Below the pieces are notes generated by a model. The model was not told the DNA's origin. It searched no databases and saw only the letters and a list, made by a program, of their open reading frames with translations. A stretch of DNA of 64,000 bases from Candidatus Obscuribacterales bacterium (GTDB lineage Bacteria > Cyanobacteriota > Vampirovibrionia > Obscuribacterales > Obscuribacteraceae): NCBI GenBank assembly GCA_965228855.1, contig CBDDIJ010000003.1, forward strand, positions 704,001 to 768,000, written 5' to 3'. This document shows, piece after piece, positions 1 to 9,783 of this stretch (position 1 is the first letter of the stretch; each line of letters begins with the position of its first letter). A program made the position numbers and the translations under genes.

Positions 1-210
1 AAATTTTGATTCAATCAATCCGGAGCGACCTGTGTTTTCAAAACACTTCGCAGTCACGGTTTGTTGCACACGTTCAGTATCGCTGTGTTAAAGGAGAGAA
101 CTGGCAACGCGCGGGGCGGCTCATCTAAGTCCTGAAGCCCTGCTTCGTGAGCTGCTGCGTCGCTGTCAGTTTTACCGTTCTACTGACGTTTTATGTTCTT
201 ACAAAGCTTC

Positions 211-285
211 TTACGCTCGCAAGCGACGCATGCATCGGAGGCGTCGTCGTCGTCGACGGTTCGATATTTTGACGACTGGCATCAC
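211..285 (-). CDS. Putative Arg-rich leader peptide (M)MPVVKISNRRRRRRLRCMRRLRA
   Basis: Read by hand; below the ORF-track cutoff. AGGGAGA SD 8 nt before GTG/ATG; 10 Arg codons including a CGT-CGA-CGA-CGA-CGA-CGC run; TAA at 211-213. Confidence 0.55.
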   Translation of the reverse strand: MMPVVKISNRRRRRRLRCMRRLRA

Positions 286-460
286 GATTGCGTTCTCCCT
301 TGCTTAAACTAACCTTTGTCCGGCGCGTTCCTATATATTTAGCAACGCGGCAAGCCGGAGGCGTTGGTTACGTATCTGCATAATCATACATTCGTTCTGT
401 ATAATTATGCACAGAGTTGATTGCTATGTAACCAAAATGTAACGCCGACCGCGGACGTCT

Positions 461-2383
461 CTAGTTTATCAATTCGATTGGGTCTAGTTGACTTTTACGA
501 ATGGTCGTCTGGAGTTCCACGAGCGGCGGAAGTTTCAGCTCTTGCCGCCTACTGGCGAACAACTCTAGCGCCGGTCTGCAGTCTTTCGATGTATCTATCA
601 TTCGAAACTTTTCTAAGCGGGGCATTTGAGCGGAATACAAGACTCCAGTCATCGTTATGCGTTCCGGTGCTGTTAATTTCAACTCCTGCAAACGCGCCTG
701 CGAGAGGACCTTCAGGGTGTCGTCGGTTATGTCTGAATTGTTCAGGGACAGATACTTTAGTTTCTTGCAAGAACTCAGTGGCGCGAGAGCTGCTCCTCCC
801 AGCCCGTGACACCGTGTAAGAGACAGCTTCTCGAGGCGAGGTAATTTTGTCAGCTCTTTGATTGCATCAGGTTCCAGGTTGCAGCCTTTGAAGGTCAGAC
901 TCAGGAGCTTCAGGTGCTGCAACTTATCAATGCCTTTGACAGCGCAAAGTTTATCCGGGGCGAGTAACTCAAGACTTTCCAAAGACTTGTTCGCGGCAAT
1001 CGTGGATAGAAAGTCAGTTTCGCATCTGTAAGCAATTTGGAGCCGTTTGAGTTTCTGAAAACGAGGGAGCAGCGCAATGCCGTCAGGGGTCAGATCGGCG
1101 TACTCTAATTTCAGCTCCTCTTGATTGGGATGGTTGCGAAGCGTTTCTTCCAAACTCATGTCCGTATAAGGTTCGATCGGCAGGTTCTTTTCTGTTGCAC
1201 TAGCGAGGCTTATCTTTTCTGCGCCTTCCGGAAAGGCGGACATGCTGGAGCCCGCTATCTTAAGTTCCGATAGATTCGTTTCTTGAATTGTTTTGTTTCC
1301 TTGACCGGCTCTAAAAAGCAGAAAGTATGATACTGCGGATGACACCACTAGTAAAATCATTGCGGTCAAAACTGGAGCTTTCATGGATTTCCGAGTATCG
1401 TGAAGTTCTGAGCTTGCGGTCAATCCCGGCTCCACATTGGTACTCCTTCTAATCGCTTCTTGTCGAATTTGAAAGCTCGCTTCCTCCTTTAAGAGTTCAT
1501 CAAGGATCTCGCTAACTGTTTGGAATCGCTCCTTCTGAGTCTTGCGCAAACATTTGTCTATAATTGCTTCCAGACCAGGGGTCAAAGGTGGGCTGAAGGT
1601 TAGACCCATTTGACTTGCTCGCTCGCTAATGGTGTCGGGTCTTTGATTTGCATGCTTCTCAAAAATTTCCAAAACTGTTTCAGCTCCGAATAAGGCTGTT
1701 CCAGTCAGCGCTTCAAACATCAGACAACCAAAGGAATAGATGTCGGAACGTTCATCAGTGTCTCGAGTCGCTGCTTGCTCAGGCGGCATGTACTTTGGCG
1801 TACCCAAACCAACGCCTTTGGTGGTGAAGAACTGCTGCGAGTCAGTCTCCATAGCCAGACCAAAATCGAGGATTCGAGCTTTGAAAGTTCGCTTACCCTC
1901 TTCCTCTTCGATAAGCATGATGTTGCTCGGTTTGAGATCTCGGTGTATTACATTCTTGCTGTGGGCATGGACCAAGCCACGTGCAATGTCGATAAACGCT
2001 GCCAGCGCAAGTGGAACCGGCATAGGACCATTGTCTTCTAGCCACGCTGCCAGTGTTTTGCCTGGAACATATTCAAGCACCAGATACGGTTCGCTTTCAC
2101 TTGTGAGACCAAAGTCGAAAGCAGTTAATAGGTTCGCATGTTGCAGCGTCGCTAGAATTTTAGCTTCTCGCTGGAATCGCACCGACTGAGAATCCGTAGA
2201 GCTTCCGTGGAGTTTTTTAATCGCAAAAACTTTATTCAAGTTTTTGTCGAGGACCTTATAGACGACACCTGCCGCCCCCGTTCCTACAACTTCGAGCACA
2301 TCGTACCTGTCACCGATGTGTTTTGGCGGCGGCGGCAGTTTTGAAGATATCTTTGGACCGGAACCGTCGAGCGAATCTGCCAT
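461..2383 (-). CDS. Ser/Thr protein kinase with TM helix and C-terminal leucine-rich repeats
   Basis: GTGAAG, AIK, HRDLKPSN, DFG and GTPKYM motifs; hydrophobic segment; LxxLxL repeats; GGAG SD before the MADS start (ORF track begins at 2476). Confidence 0.93.
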   Translation of the reverse strand: MADSLDGSGPKISSKLPPPPKHIGDRYDVLEVVGTGAAGVVYKVLDKNLNKVFAIKKLHGSSTDSQSVRFQREAKILATLQHANLLTAFDFGLTSESEPYLVLEYVPGKTLAAWLEDNGPMPVPLALAAFIDIARGLVHAHSKNVIHRDLKPSNIMLIEEEEGKRTFKARILDFGLAMETDSQQFFTTKGVGLGTPKYMPPEQAATRDTDERSDIYSFGCLMFEALTGTALFGAETVLEIFEKHANQRPDTISERASQMGLTFSPPLTPGLEAIIDKCLRKTQKERFQTVSEILDELLKEEASFQIRQEAIRRSTNVEPGLTASSELHDTRKSMKAPVLTAMILLVVSSAVSYFLLFRAGQGNKTIQETNLSELKIAGSSMSAFPEGAEKISLASATEKNLPIEPYTDMSLEETLRNHPNQEELKLEYADLTPDGIALLPRFQKLKRLQIAYRCETDFLSTIAANKSLESLELLAPDKLCAVKGIDKLQHLKLLSLTFKGCNLEPDAIKELTKLPRLEKLSLTRCHGLGGAALAPLSSCKKLKYLSLNNSDITDDTLKVLSQARLQELKLTAPERITMTGVLYSAQMPRLEKFRMIDTSKDCRPALELFASRRQELKLPPLVELQTTIRKSQLDPIELIN

Positions 2384-2527
2384 TTGGTCTCCCGTATTCG
2401 CGCAAATACATTTTACCCGAAAGCTCAGGGAAAACCGACGCGATGCTGTGGACCGCTGCGGCAGCCTTCGAATCACTCCCTATGTGTTTTCTTGCTATCT
2501 TGGATCTGAGACCAGCTGGTAGTTAGA

Positions 2528-3517
2528 ATGCTTCAAAAAAACAAAATCAAAGTCATTGATTTCCACACTCACCTGATGTCGTTAGCCGGCGCGGAGCAGG
2601 TTTTTCCAGAAGCCCGTCAGTCAATTTTTTTCAAACACGTCGTACCTTTAGTCGAGCCCATCGCGGACCTGACAGAAGGGCTACATGACCGGCTTCTGCG
2701 CGATCTGGCGATGCGGTATAACAACAAATTGAGTCGCTTGATCTACTCACATTGCGGTGAACTCTTTTTGATGGAGGCACTGCGGCTTTTCAAACGTCAT
2801 GGTCTGGAACGTCTCGTGTTCAACATGGACAAGCTCGGCATTGAGCGTTCGGTAATTTACTCTCTCGAGCCTCTGACGAAAACACAGGACATTCTGGATC
2901 AAGTTAAAAAATATGGTGACCGCTTCTCCGTTTTCGCCTCCGTGCATGCTGAGGAGACTGATAAGATCGGCTATTTGAAGCCTTTTCTGGATTCGGGCAC
3001 AGCAAAGGGATTAAAAATTCATCCCATGATTGGCGGATACAACGCATCGAATCTCTACGAGAAAGCCGGCGACATATTCGCACTTGCCGAAACCTATGAC
3101 GTTCCGCTTGCTATGCACACTGGCGACATTCCTATTCAAAAAATTACAACCAGTCAGGTCTCCTGCTGTGGCATCCCAGCTATTGAAGCACTAGTTCGTG
3201 ATTTCCCAAACTGTAAGCTCGTGTTGAATCACCTCGGTTGGGAGTCGTGGAGAGCGGTTATTAAGCTTGCCGAGGAACATCCCAACGTTTTCGTAGAAAC
3301 AAGCTGGCAGCATGCCAGCATTATGCGTCGCGCTGTCAAAGCGCTCGGACCCGAGCGGGTGATCTTCGGATCCGACTATCCGCTGTTTCAACAATGGCAG
3401 GCGTTGCGCGAAGTCCGCAAGGCTTTCAAACCGCAGGACTTTCAATTGGTCGCTCATGATAACGCTGCCAGACTGCTAAAGCTCCCCATCTCGGAAGAGC
3501 AGGTTGTGGGCGTTTGA
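2528..3517 (+). CDS. Amidohydrolase family protein (Amidohydro_2-like)
   Basis: IDFHTH, GLKIHP, MHTG, LNHLG and FGSDYP motifs. Confidence 0.9.
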   Translation: MLQKNKIKVIDFHTHLMSLAGAEQVFPEARQSIFFKHVVPLVEPIADLTEGLHDRLLRDLAMRYNNKLSRLIYSHCGELFLMEALRLFKRHGLERLVFNMDKLGIERSVIYSLEPLTKTQDILDQVKKYGDRFSVFASVHAEETDKIGYLKPFLDSGTAKGLKIHPMIGGYNASNLYEKAGDIFALAETYDVPLAMHTGDIPIQKITTSQVSCCGIPAIEALVRDFPNCKLVLNHLGWESWRAVIKLAEEHPNVFVETSWQHASIMRRAVKALGPERVIFGSDYPLFQQWQALREVRKAFKPQDFQLVAHDNAARLLKLPISEEQVVGV

Positions 3518-3563
3518 AGCTCAGGTCTGCTTCAGTGTCATACTGACCAGGAACGGCGCCGGC

Positions 3564-4700
3564 CTAGAAAGCATAGTAGTCTTCGGGGATCGTCTCCGTA
3601 GGTCGCCAATCGATTTCGCCGACTTCAGCCCCTTTATATTGGATAAAAGTGTCGGCGATAAGAGCGCCGTTTGCCCGGGGACGCTTCCCCTGCGCTGCTT
3701 TCAGCCAGTCGTAAGCCTGGCGTGCCTGCATTTCGCCTGCGCCCGTTAGACCGACCATGAGCACGAGCAGATGTTTGCAGATGTTTCCCTGAAGACCCAT
3801 GCACTCGTCCAGATCCGGGGTGCAGCAGCCGTACTTGCCCTCCGGCGTCAACCAGCTGGCATACACCTTCGAGGTGGTTGTCTGGCTGCGCACAACGCCA
3901 ACCACATGCTCCTCGTCTTTGCGAACATAGAGCTTGAAGACCTCTTGCTTCAGCATCTTTAACGCTCGACCGAGTTTTCCCTGGTCAACCGTACCATGCA
4001 GTCTACTGATAAACGTGGCGAAGCTCATATCGTCATCACCGGATGTGGTGTCATGATCGGTTCGAACCAGCTCGAGGAATCCTTCCTCATCTAAAATTTT
4101 TAAACGAATACCGCTGGCAGCCAATTTCTTCGCCTTGTTGCTGGCTGCTATTTTGCCATCGCTTTTGCGCGGGCCGAAAACGGCATAGTCTAACTTCTCG
4201 TCTAACGTGTTCACGACAACACCGCCTATGTTTTCAACCATAGACTTCAGGAGTGCTTCGTCGTAGCCTCCACCACAGCAGTCGAAGCCTCCAAACAGGC
4301 AGAAGGTTTTGCCGGTTAAGTTGGCGCGCACCATCTCTCGGAACGCGCTTTCATCTAATATGGTCGGAAACGGTTTTCCTGTAGCTGTTTTTGCCTTTCG
4401 CTTGCCTGATGCAACCGTGCCTTCAGATTCAGCGCGCAGTTTTTCGACTTTCTTAATCGCCTCCTTCTTACCTTCCTCCCTTTTGTCACCGATTACCAGA
4501 TAATCCAGACCTTCATCGACGTCATGCTTCAGAATTCCGCCCCTCATCTGTGCTACCGTGGATGGTGCTCCAGGATGATATGAAGGCCAGTATGAAAAGG
4601 CGCCGAAGAATGCAAAGGTCTTACCCTTAAATACATCGTCGTTTGGTTTTACTGAGCTGATTGCTTTAGCTATCACTGTGCAAGATTTCCCGAAATTCAA
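3564..4700 (-). CDS. Tandem BRCT-domain protein with C-terminal SWIM-like zinc finger
   Basis: Two FxGKTF...GG...LDYxVxG...ILDE repeats; YGCC...C...CKH motif. Confidence 0.75.
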   Translation of the reverse strand: MNFGKSCTVIAKAISSVKPNDDVFKGKTFAFFGAFSYWPSYHPGAPSTVAQMRGGILKHDVDEGLDYLVIGDKREEGKKEAIKKVEKLRAESEGTVASGKRKAKTATGKPFPTILDESAFREMVRANLTGKTFCLFGGFDCCGGGYDEALLKSMVENIGGVVVNTLDEKLDYAVFGPRKSDGKIAASNKAKKLAASGIRLKILDEEGFLELVRTDHDTTSGDDDMSFATFISRLHGTVDQGKLGRALKMLKQEVFKLYVRKDEEHVVGVVRSQTTTSKVYASWLTPEGKYGCCTPDLDECMGLQGNICKHLLVLMVGLTGAGEMQARQAYDWLKAAQGKRPRANGALIADTFIQYKGAEVGEIDWRPTETIPEDYYAF

Positions 4701-5020
4701 CAGTTAGTTTAGCCTTCGAGTTGAGCTGCTAGCAATGGTTCGTGTCGCTTCTCTCAAACAACATTGGCGATTGTTAATGAATTGCTGAGTTTGTCGGTTT
4801 GCTGTCAAGCAGCGTGTTATTGTGGCTATATGAACGAGGTGAACGAATCGTGTCAGAGCAAAAAACAAACTCGGAAGAACGATTCGCGCTGTTTCATACC
4901 AACAAAGTAGTTTTCTAAGTAAAAACAACTTGCGCAGTCCCTGACGGAGACTGCGTTTCTGTAAACGTCCGGAGTTCTCAGGAATTCCGCTAGCCCTGCT
5001 TTGTATTGGAGAATATTTCA

Positions 5021-5938
5021 ATGAACGCTAAATCTGCGGGACTGCTCGGATCAACTCTAGTTGCGCTTGTAATGTTGATTTTTGTCGCTCCGCTTCTCTT
5101 CGGCTTCTGGGTGACCGTAGATGCTGGTCACGTAGGGGTTTTGAAGACGATGGGAGCGGTGAGCCCTAATGTTCTTCCGCCGGGTTTTCACTTCAAAAAA
5201 CCTTTGATCGACGAAGTCGTGCAAATCGACACGCGCCTGACTTCGTTTGAAGTTCGCGCTGCCGCAGCTTCCAAGGACTTGCAAACTGTTGAGACCAAAA
5301 TTTCGGTTCAACATAGCATTGCGCCAGCTATGGCCGGTCAGTGCTATCAGACCGTAGGTGATCTCGAAAAGATTGACCTGACAGTGGTGGCGCCGGCGGT
5401 GCAAGAGAGTTTGAAGGCCATTACCGCCAAGTATACGGCTGAGGAACTCGTCACTCGAAGAGAAACTGTTAAACAATTGGTGACCGACGCTATCAAGAAC
5501 TACATCAGCCATACTCTTACGGAGAAACAGTTGAGTGGAGCGGTGATGGTTGCGAACGTCGCGATTACTGACTTCGATTTCTCGAAAGAGTTTAACCTGT
5601 CAATCGAATCGAAGGTCAAAGCCGAACAGCAAGCTTTGCAGGCGAAGAACGAAAAGGATCGCCGCATCACAGAAGCAGAAGCTGCGGCTCGTGAGAAGGA
5701 GCTGTCGGCTGATGCTGCCGCCTATCAAATTCAAAAGGAGAGTATCGCTAGAGCTCAAGCCATTCAGCGCGAAGCCGCTGCACTGGCCCAGAACCCCAAT
5801 CTCGTGCAGTTGCGTGCTGTAGAGAAATGGGATGGCGAACTGCCGACTTTCTCGAGTGGTGGCACTATGCCCTTCGTCAACATCTCTTCGATAGAGCGCC
5901 GCCATGTAGCTGACAACAAGAAAGCCAATAGCGGTTGA
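5021..5938 (+). CDS. SPFH/prohibitin (band 7) family protein
   Basis: N-terminal TM, VDAGHVGV, PGFHF, ASKDLQ, coiled coil, EKWDG. Confidence 0.92.
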   Translation: MNAKSAGLLGSTLVALVMLIFVAPLLFGFWVTVDAGHVGVLKTMGAVSPNVLPPGFHFKKPLIDEVVQIDTRLTSFEVRAAAASKDLQTVETKISVQHSIAPAMAGQCYQTVGDLEKIDLTVVAPAVQESLKAITAKYTAEELVTRRETVKQLVTDAIKNYISHTLTEKQLSGAVMVANVAITDFDFSKEFNLSIESKVKAEQQALQAKNEKDRRITEAEAAAREKELSADAAAYQIQKESIARAQAIQREAAALAQNPNLVQLRAVEKWDGELPTFSSGGTMPFVNISSIERRHVADNKKANSG

Positions 5939-6094
5939 GTTCAATGAGTTTGATGACACGGAGTATACCCCGGTACACAACCCGAAACCCTAGTACGCAA
6001 CCCAGACCAATGGTGTAGGAGGCACCAGCGAGCTGATTCCATCTATCGACACCCAGGAGGTGGTCCAAGCGTAATAGATAGAAACTAAATCCAC

Positions 6095-6137
6095 AAACAA
6101 AGGAGCTGCTTCATCCCTGACGGCTCCTTTGTTTTTT
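6095..6137 (+). terminator. Intrinsic terminator
   Basis: AAACAAAGGAGCTG/CGGCTCCTTTGTTT inverted repeat followed by a T run. Confidence 0.65.
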
Positions 6138-6335
6138 GCCTGTGAGCTGTCCGCTTGAGCTAATTTGTGACTTTTCGGGGTCATTCTGGCCTCCGGTTCG
6201 TGGAGTTCGGGACCGAAACGTTCACAGAGGTAGACTTTATAGATTTAATGTTGTTCCACAACTTTGTCACTATTGAAGGTTAGGATATTTTGCACAAGGT
6301 CCACTCGCGCTGCTTTTTAAACAGGACTGACCCAA

Positions 6336-6611
6336 ATGAAAATGTCAAAAACCCCTGGTCTTCGCAATCGATTCGCTCGTGGTGTAATGCCTCTGCACAT
6401 GAGACTCTTCGGAGCTGTCATGAAAGCCGTTACCTGGAATGCGCCCCTCGAAAAACCTTCGCTCTGCAAAACAGAGGGACACAAATTCGACCTCAAGAAG
6501 TGGAACGGACCTCACAACAAGTGCGAGGAGTGCGGCGTTTGGATTAAATCGCACGAGCAAGTGCGTACGGAAGAATTCTACAAGCCCGCAGATCACCACG
6601 TTTACAGATAA
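6336..6611 (+). CDS. Small hypothetical protein, possible Zn ribbon
   Basis: 91-aa ORF filling the gap; CxxxxH...CxxC. Confidence 0.6.
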   Translation: MKMSKTPGLRNRFARGVMPLHMRLFGAVMKAVTWNAPLEKPSLCKTEGHKFDLKKWNGPHNKCEECGVWIKSHEQVRTEEFYKPADHHVYR

Positions 6612-6690
6612 GTTTTCACCACTCAGCTCACCACTCCAACTCACGCGTTCCGGCGCCAGCGAAGCTACTTCGCTGGCGTCATCGTTGCGA

Positions 6691-7578
6691 TCAGTTGGCG
6701 CAGGCAATCTTGGTGCCACATTGTTCGAAGAATGTCTTGAGCCTCGCATCAAAATCTGATTGCTTCTTCTGGAAGAAGGCATGATGGCAGTCTTCGTAAA
6801 CAGCGAATTGCGCAGGCTTGGTAGCGTGGTCAAATAGATACTGCGAGTGGTGCCACGGAATGACCTCATCGAGTTTTCCTGCCACTATTAGAAGCGGCGG
6901 GTGGTGCCGGACTACAAAGCTGTCATTGTCGAATTTTTTTGGAAACATCCATGACGGATAAAGTTTGAAAAGGTCGAATTTCTCCTTGCCTAGCGCTTCT
7001 ACCGAGGAAAAACCAGACTCCAGCACCACGCCGGCGCAATCGATTCTCTTGCATAGCGCGCTGGAAACTCCGGCCCCAAGGGATTCTCCGTAAACGATTA
7101 TTTGGTCGTTTTTGATTCCGCAGCGAAGAAGGTAGTTAAACGCTGCTGCAGAGTCGTCGACGACACCGTCTATCGACGGCGTGCCCGTGCTTTTACCGTA
7201 ACCTCTGTAGTCATAGGCGAGCACGGAGACGCCGGTAGATAGAAGGCTATTGATTTTGTATAGACAATAGGGCATGGAGACGTTACCGCCGTTTCCATGA
7301 TTGTAGAGAACTACTTTCGACGCGCCTTTCTGTTTATAGAACCGACCGAAAAGCCTCACGCCATCAGAAGATGTGATATCAACTTCCTCAGCCTTCACGC
7401 CGGCTAACTCTTTTCCGTAGAATTCATCAAAGACTTTCAGCGGTCTGAACAAGATGACGTTTACTAGTGCCGGATTGGCCGCCGGACAGCAGAACCACAC
7501 AACCAGCGATGCTCCGAATAGTATTGTCGCCAGGCAACCGGCACTGAAGCCTATAAGAAAGGATGTTCGTTTCTTCAC
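6691..7578 (-). CDS. Alpha/beta hydrolase (ABHD17/BEM46-like)
   Basis: HGNGG, DYRGYG, GESLG nucleophile motif, D and H of the triad. Confidence 0.92.
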   Translation of the reverse strand: MKKRTSFLIGFSAGCLATILFGASLVVWFCCPAANPALVNVILFRPLKVFDEFYGKELAGVKAEEVDITSSDGVRLFGRFYKQKGASKVVLYNHGNGGNVSMPYCLYKINSLLSTGVSVLAYDYRGYGKSTGTPSIDGVVDDSAAAFNYLLRCGIKNDQIIVYGESLGAGVSSALCKRIDCAGVVLESGFSSVEALGKEKFDLFKLYPSWMFPKKFDNDSFVVRHHPPLLIVAGKLDEVIPWHHSQYLFDHATKPAQFAVYEDCHHAFFQKKQSDFDARLKTFFEQCGTKIACAN

Positions 7579-7734
7579 AGCATATACCTGTTATGAGTTT
7601 GTGACGGACGGAAACAAGGGCGCCATAGGTGCGTCGATAAATCCATCTTATTAAGCAGCCTCGAAAACCGTCCACCCGCGCTACACAGTTTATTAACTGT
7701 TGCAACCCGACCTGACACGAAGTATTCTCAAATC

Positions 7735-9051
7735 ATGAATAAGGAAAATCTCGGACCGTTTCGAATATTCGCCAATTCAAACTATTCGCTCTATTTTGGC
7801 GGTCAGTTGATTTCCTTTATCGGTACCTGGATGCAGCAAGTAGCGCTCGCCTGGTACACCTACGAACTCACGAAGTCGCCCTTTCTGCTTGCTGTCGTTG
7901 GCGTATCCGCGCAGCTGCCGTCATTGTTGGTGATGCCATTTGCCGGCGTGATGGCGGATCGCATGAACCGCTACAAAATCATCATTACGACTCAGTCGCT
8001 GGCGATGATTCAGGCAAGCGTTCTTGCATATCTCACTCTCACACATCAGATAGCGGTACCGCATCTGATAGCACTTGGTATATGCGCAGGTGTTATAAAC
8101 TCTTTCGACATGCCCGCCCGATCGGCGTTCGTTATCAATTTGGTGAACAAGGACGAACTGCCGGCCGCTGTAGCGATGAACTCTTCTTTGATGAACGTCA
8201 CCCGGCTGATCGGTCCTGCTATGGCTGGATTTATCGTTGCTGCCTGGGGCGCCGGAATCTGTTTTCTTCTTAATGCGGCTAGCTATGTAGCCGTTATTCT
8301 CGCGCTTTTTTTGATTCGAGGTGACTTTCATCCTAAACCGAAAGCTAAGCGAGGGATGTTTGATGAGCTCAAAGATGGGCTTGCTTACACGTATGAGACG
8401 AAGGCGCTTCGTTACGTGCTACTTCTGGTGTTGACATTTGGTCTCGGTGCATCGGCTTATATTCTGCTTCTCCCGATGTTTGTGAAACAGATAGGCGGGG
8501 AAGCTCAAACGCTTGGTTATCTGATGTCCGCCTCAGCAGCCGGTTCTCTGGTCGGTACTTTATTGCTGGCCTCGCGAAAAACAGTCAAAGGTTTAGGCAG
8601 ATGGGTGGTAGTGGCGTCGTTTCTGTTTTCATTGGCGCTTATCGGTTTCAGCCAAATAAACAGCTTCTGGCCTGCCGCTTGCGCTATCGCTTTCATCGGT
8701 GCGACCATGATGTTGATGATGGCCGCTTGCAGCACCATCCTTCAATCTGTGGTCGAAGAGGATAAGCGCGGGCGCGTGATGAGCCTGTTCGCCATGTCCT
8801 TCATGGGAACTGCGCCTTTCGGCGGAATGATAGCCGGATGGATTGCCGACCACTATGGCTTTCAGAAAACGGTGTTGGGGTGCGGGATTTACTGCTTCAT
8901 AACCATCGCATTTTTCGCTCGGAAATTCATGCCCAAGCAGGAGCCGCCGCATGCTCCACCTGTGGAACCGGAGGCGCTGCAATCAAATTCCGGTCCAGGA
9001 AAAATTATGGCAAGCTTCAGGAACGAAAGCGCCAGGAAATCGCGCGTTTAA
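7735..9051 (+). CDS. MFS transporter
   Basis: About 12 TM segments; GQLISFIGTWMQ, GVMADRMNR, RGRVMS. Confidence 0.93.
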   Translation: MNKENLGPFRIFANSNYSLYFGGQLISFIGTWMQQVALAWYTYELTKSPFLLAVVGVSAQLPSLLVMPFAGVMADRMNRYKIIITTQSLAMIQASVLAYLTLTHQIAVPHLIALGICAGVINSFDMPARSAFVINLVNKDELPAAVAMNSSLMNVTRLIGPAMAGFIVAAWGAGICFLLNAASYVAVILALFLIRGDFHPKPKAKRGMFDELKDGLAYTYETKALRYVLLLVLTFGLGASAYILLLPMFVKQIGGEAQTLGYLMSASAAGSLVGTLLLASRKTVKGLGRWVVVASFLFSLALIGFSQINSFWPAACAIAFIGATMMLMMAACSTILQSVVEEDKRGRVMSLFAMSFMGTAPFGGMIAGWIADHYGFQKTVLGCGIYCFITIAFFARKFMPKQEPPHAPPVEPEALQSNSGPGKIMASFRNESARKSRV

Positions 9052-9053
9052 CT

Positions 9054-9539
9054 TTATCTTCTGAACGAAAACCAGCCCATCAGGAATAGTAGTGCTGCCG
9101 CGACTTTTCCTGCCAGTGAGATGAAACGTGAGATTTTATCGTCCGGCAAGCGTGCCGGCTTCGGGCGGGTCGCGAGGCGTCGAGCTTGTTCTACTGAAGG
9201 CGCGAGCAGGCACTGCTGCGGAAAACGGCGAGCGTAGCTCACAATTAGATGTCTGCCTGCGAAGGCCTGTCGAACGTAGCCTTCCTCCACTGGTCTTGGC
9301 TGATAGCGACTTATCACGAACGGACCATCCGGCGTCTGAATAGTGAAACTGATCAAATCGCCCGTCTCGTAAGGACCTCGTGACGTTATCGTCGCCGGAG
9401 ACGTAAGCAAATCTTGGCTGAGAAGCTCTTGAGCGGCTGCTTTGTCGCTCTTGTATTTGTTATCCCAATACCAGTCGGCCACCTTATCGGCGTTCATTGA
9501 AGCGACGAAACACATGATGGCTAGGGCTAGAAAGAGCAT
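9054..9539 (-). CDS. Hypothetical membrane protein
   Basis: N- and C-terminal hydrophobic helices. Confidence 0.55.
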   Translation of the reverse strand: MLFLALAIMCFVASMNADKVADWYWDNKYKSDKAAAQELLSQDLLTSPATITSRGPYETGDLISFTIQTPDGPFVISRYQPRPVEEGYVRQAFAGRHLIVSYARRFPQQCLLAPSVEQARRLATRPKPARLPDDKISRFISLAGKVAAALLFLMGWFSFRR

Positions 9540-9783
9540 AAGTTTATCCCGAGAGGCTTGTTGGGTCGCAGGGACTCATACCAGCTTAGTCTAGACCACG
9601 CTAAGAGACAAGCGCGGCGCGCGGTTTTGCGGCATTACCAGACATATGATTGGCGATCCTGTTAAGTATGTATGATCTTCCGCTTCCTTACAACGTCGTC
9701 GTTATATGATGGCTTTTATGTAAAACGCAATAGCGTTGGGTATCCTAAGTCGCAAATCAGTCCCAGCAGGTGGTGCAAATAGC

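Noticed and set aside
5945..5995. Hammerhead ribozyme (TGATGA...GAAAC)
   Set aside because: Lacks the C of CUGAUGA and a consistent stem I/III.
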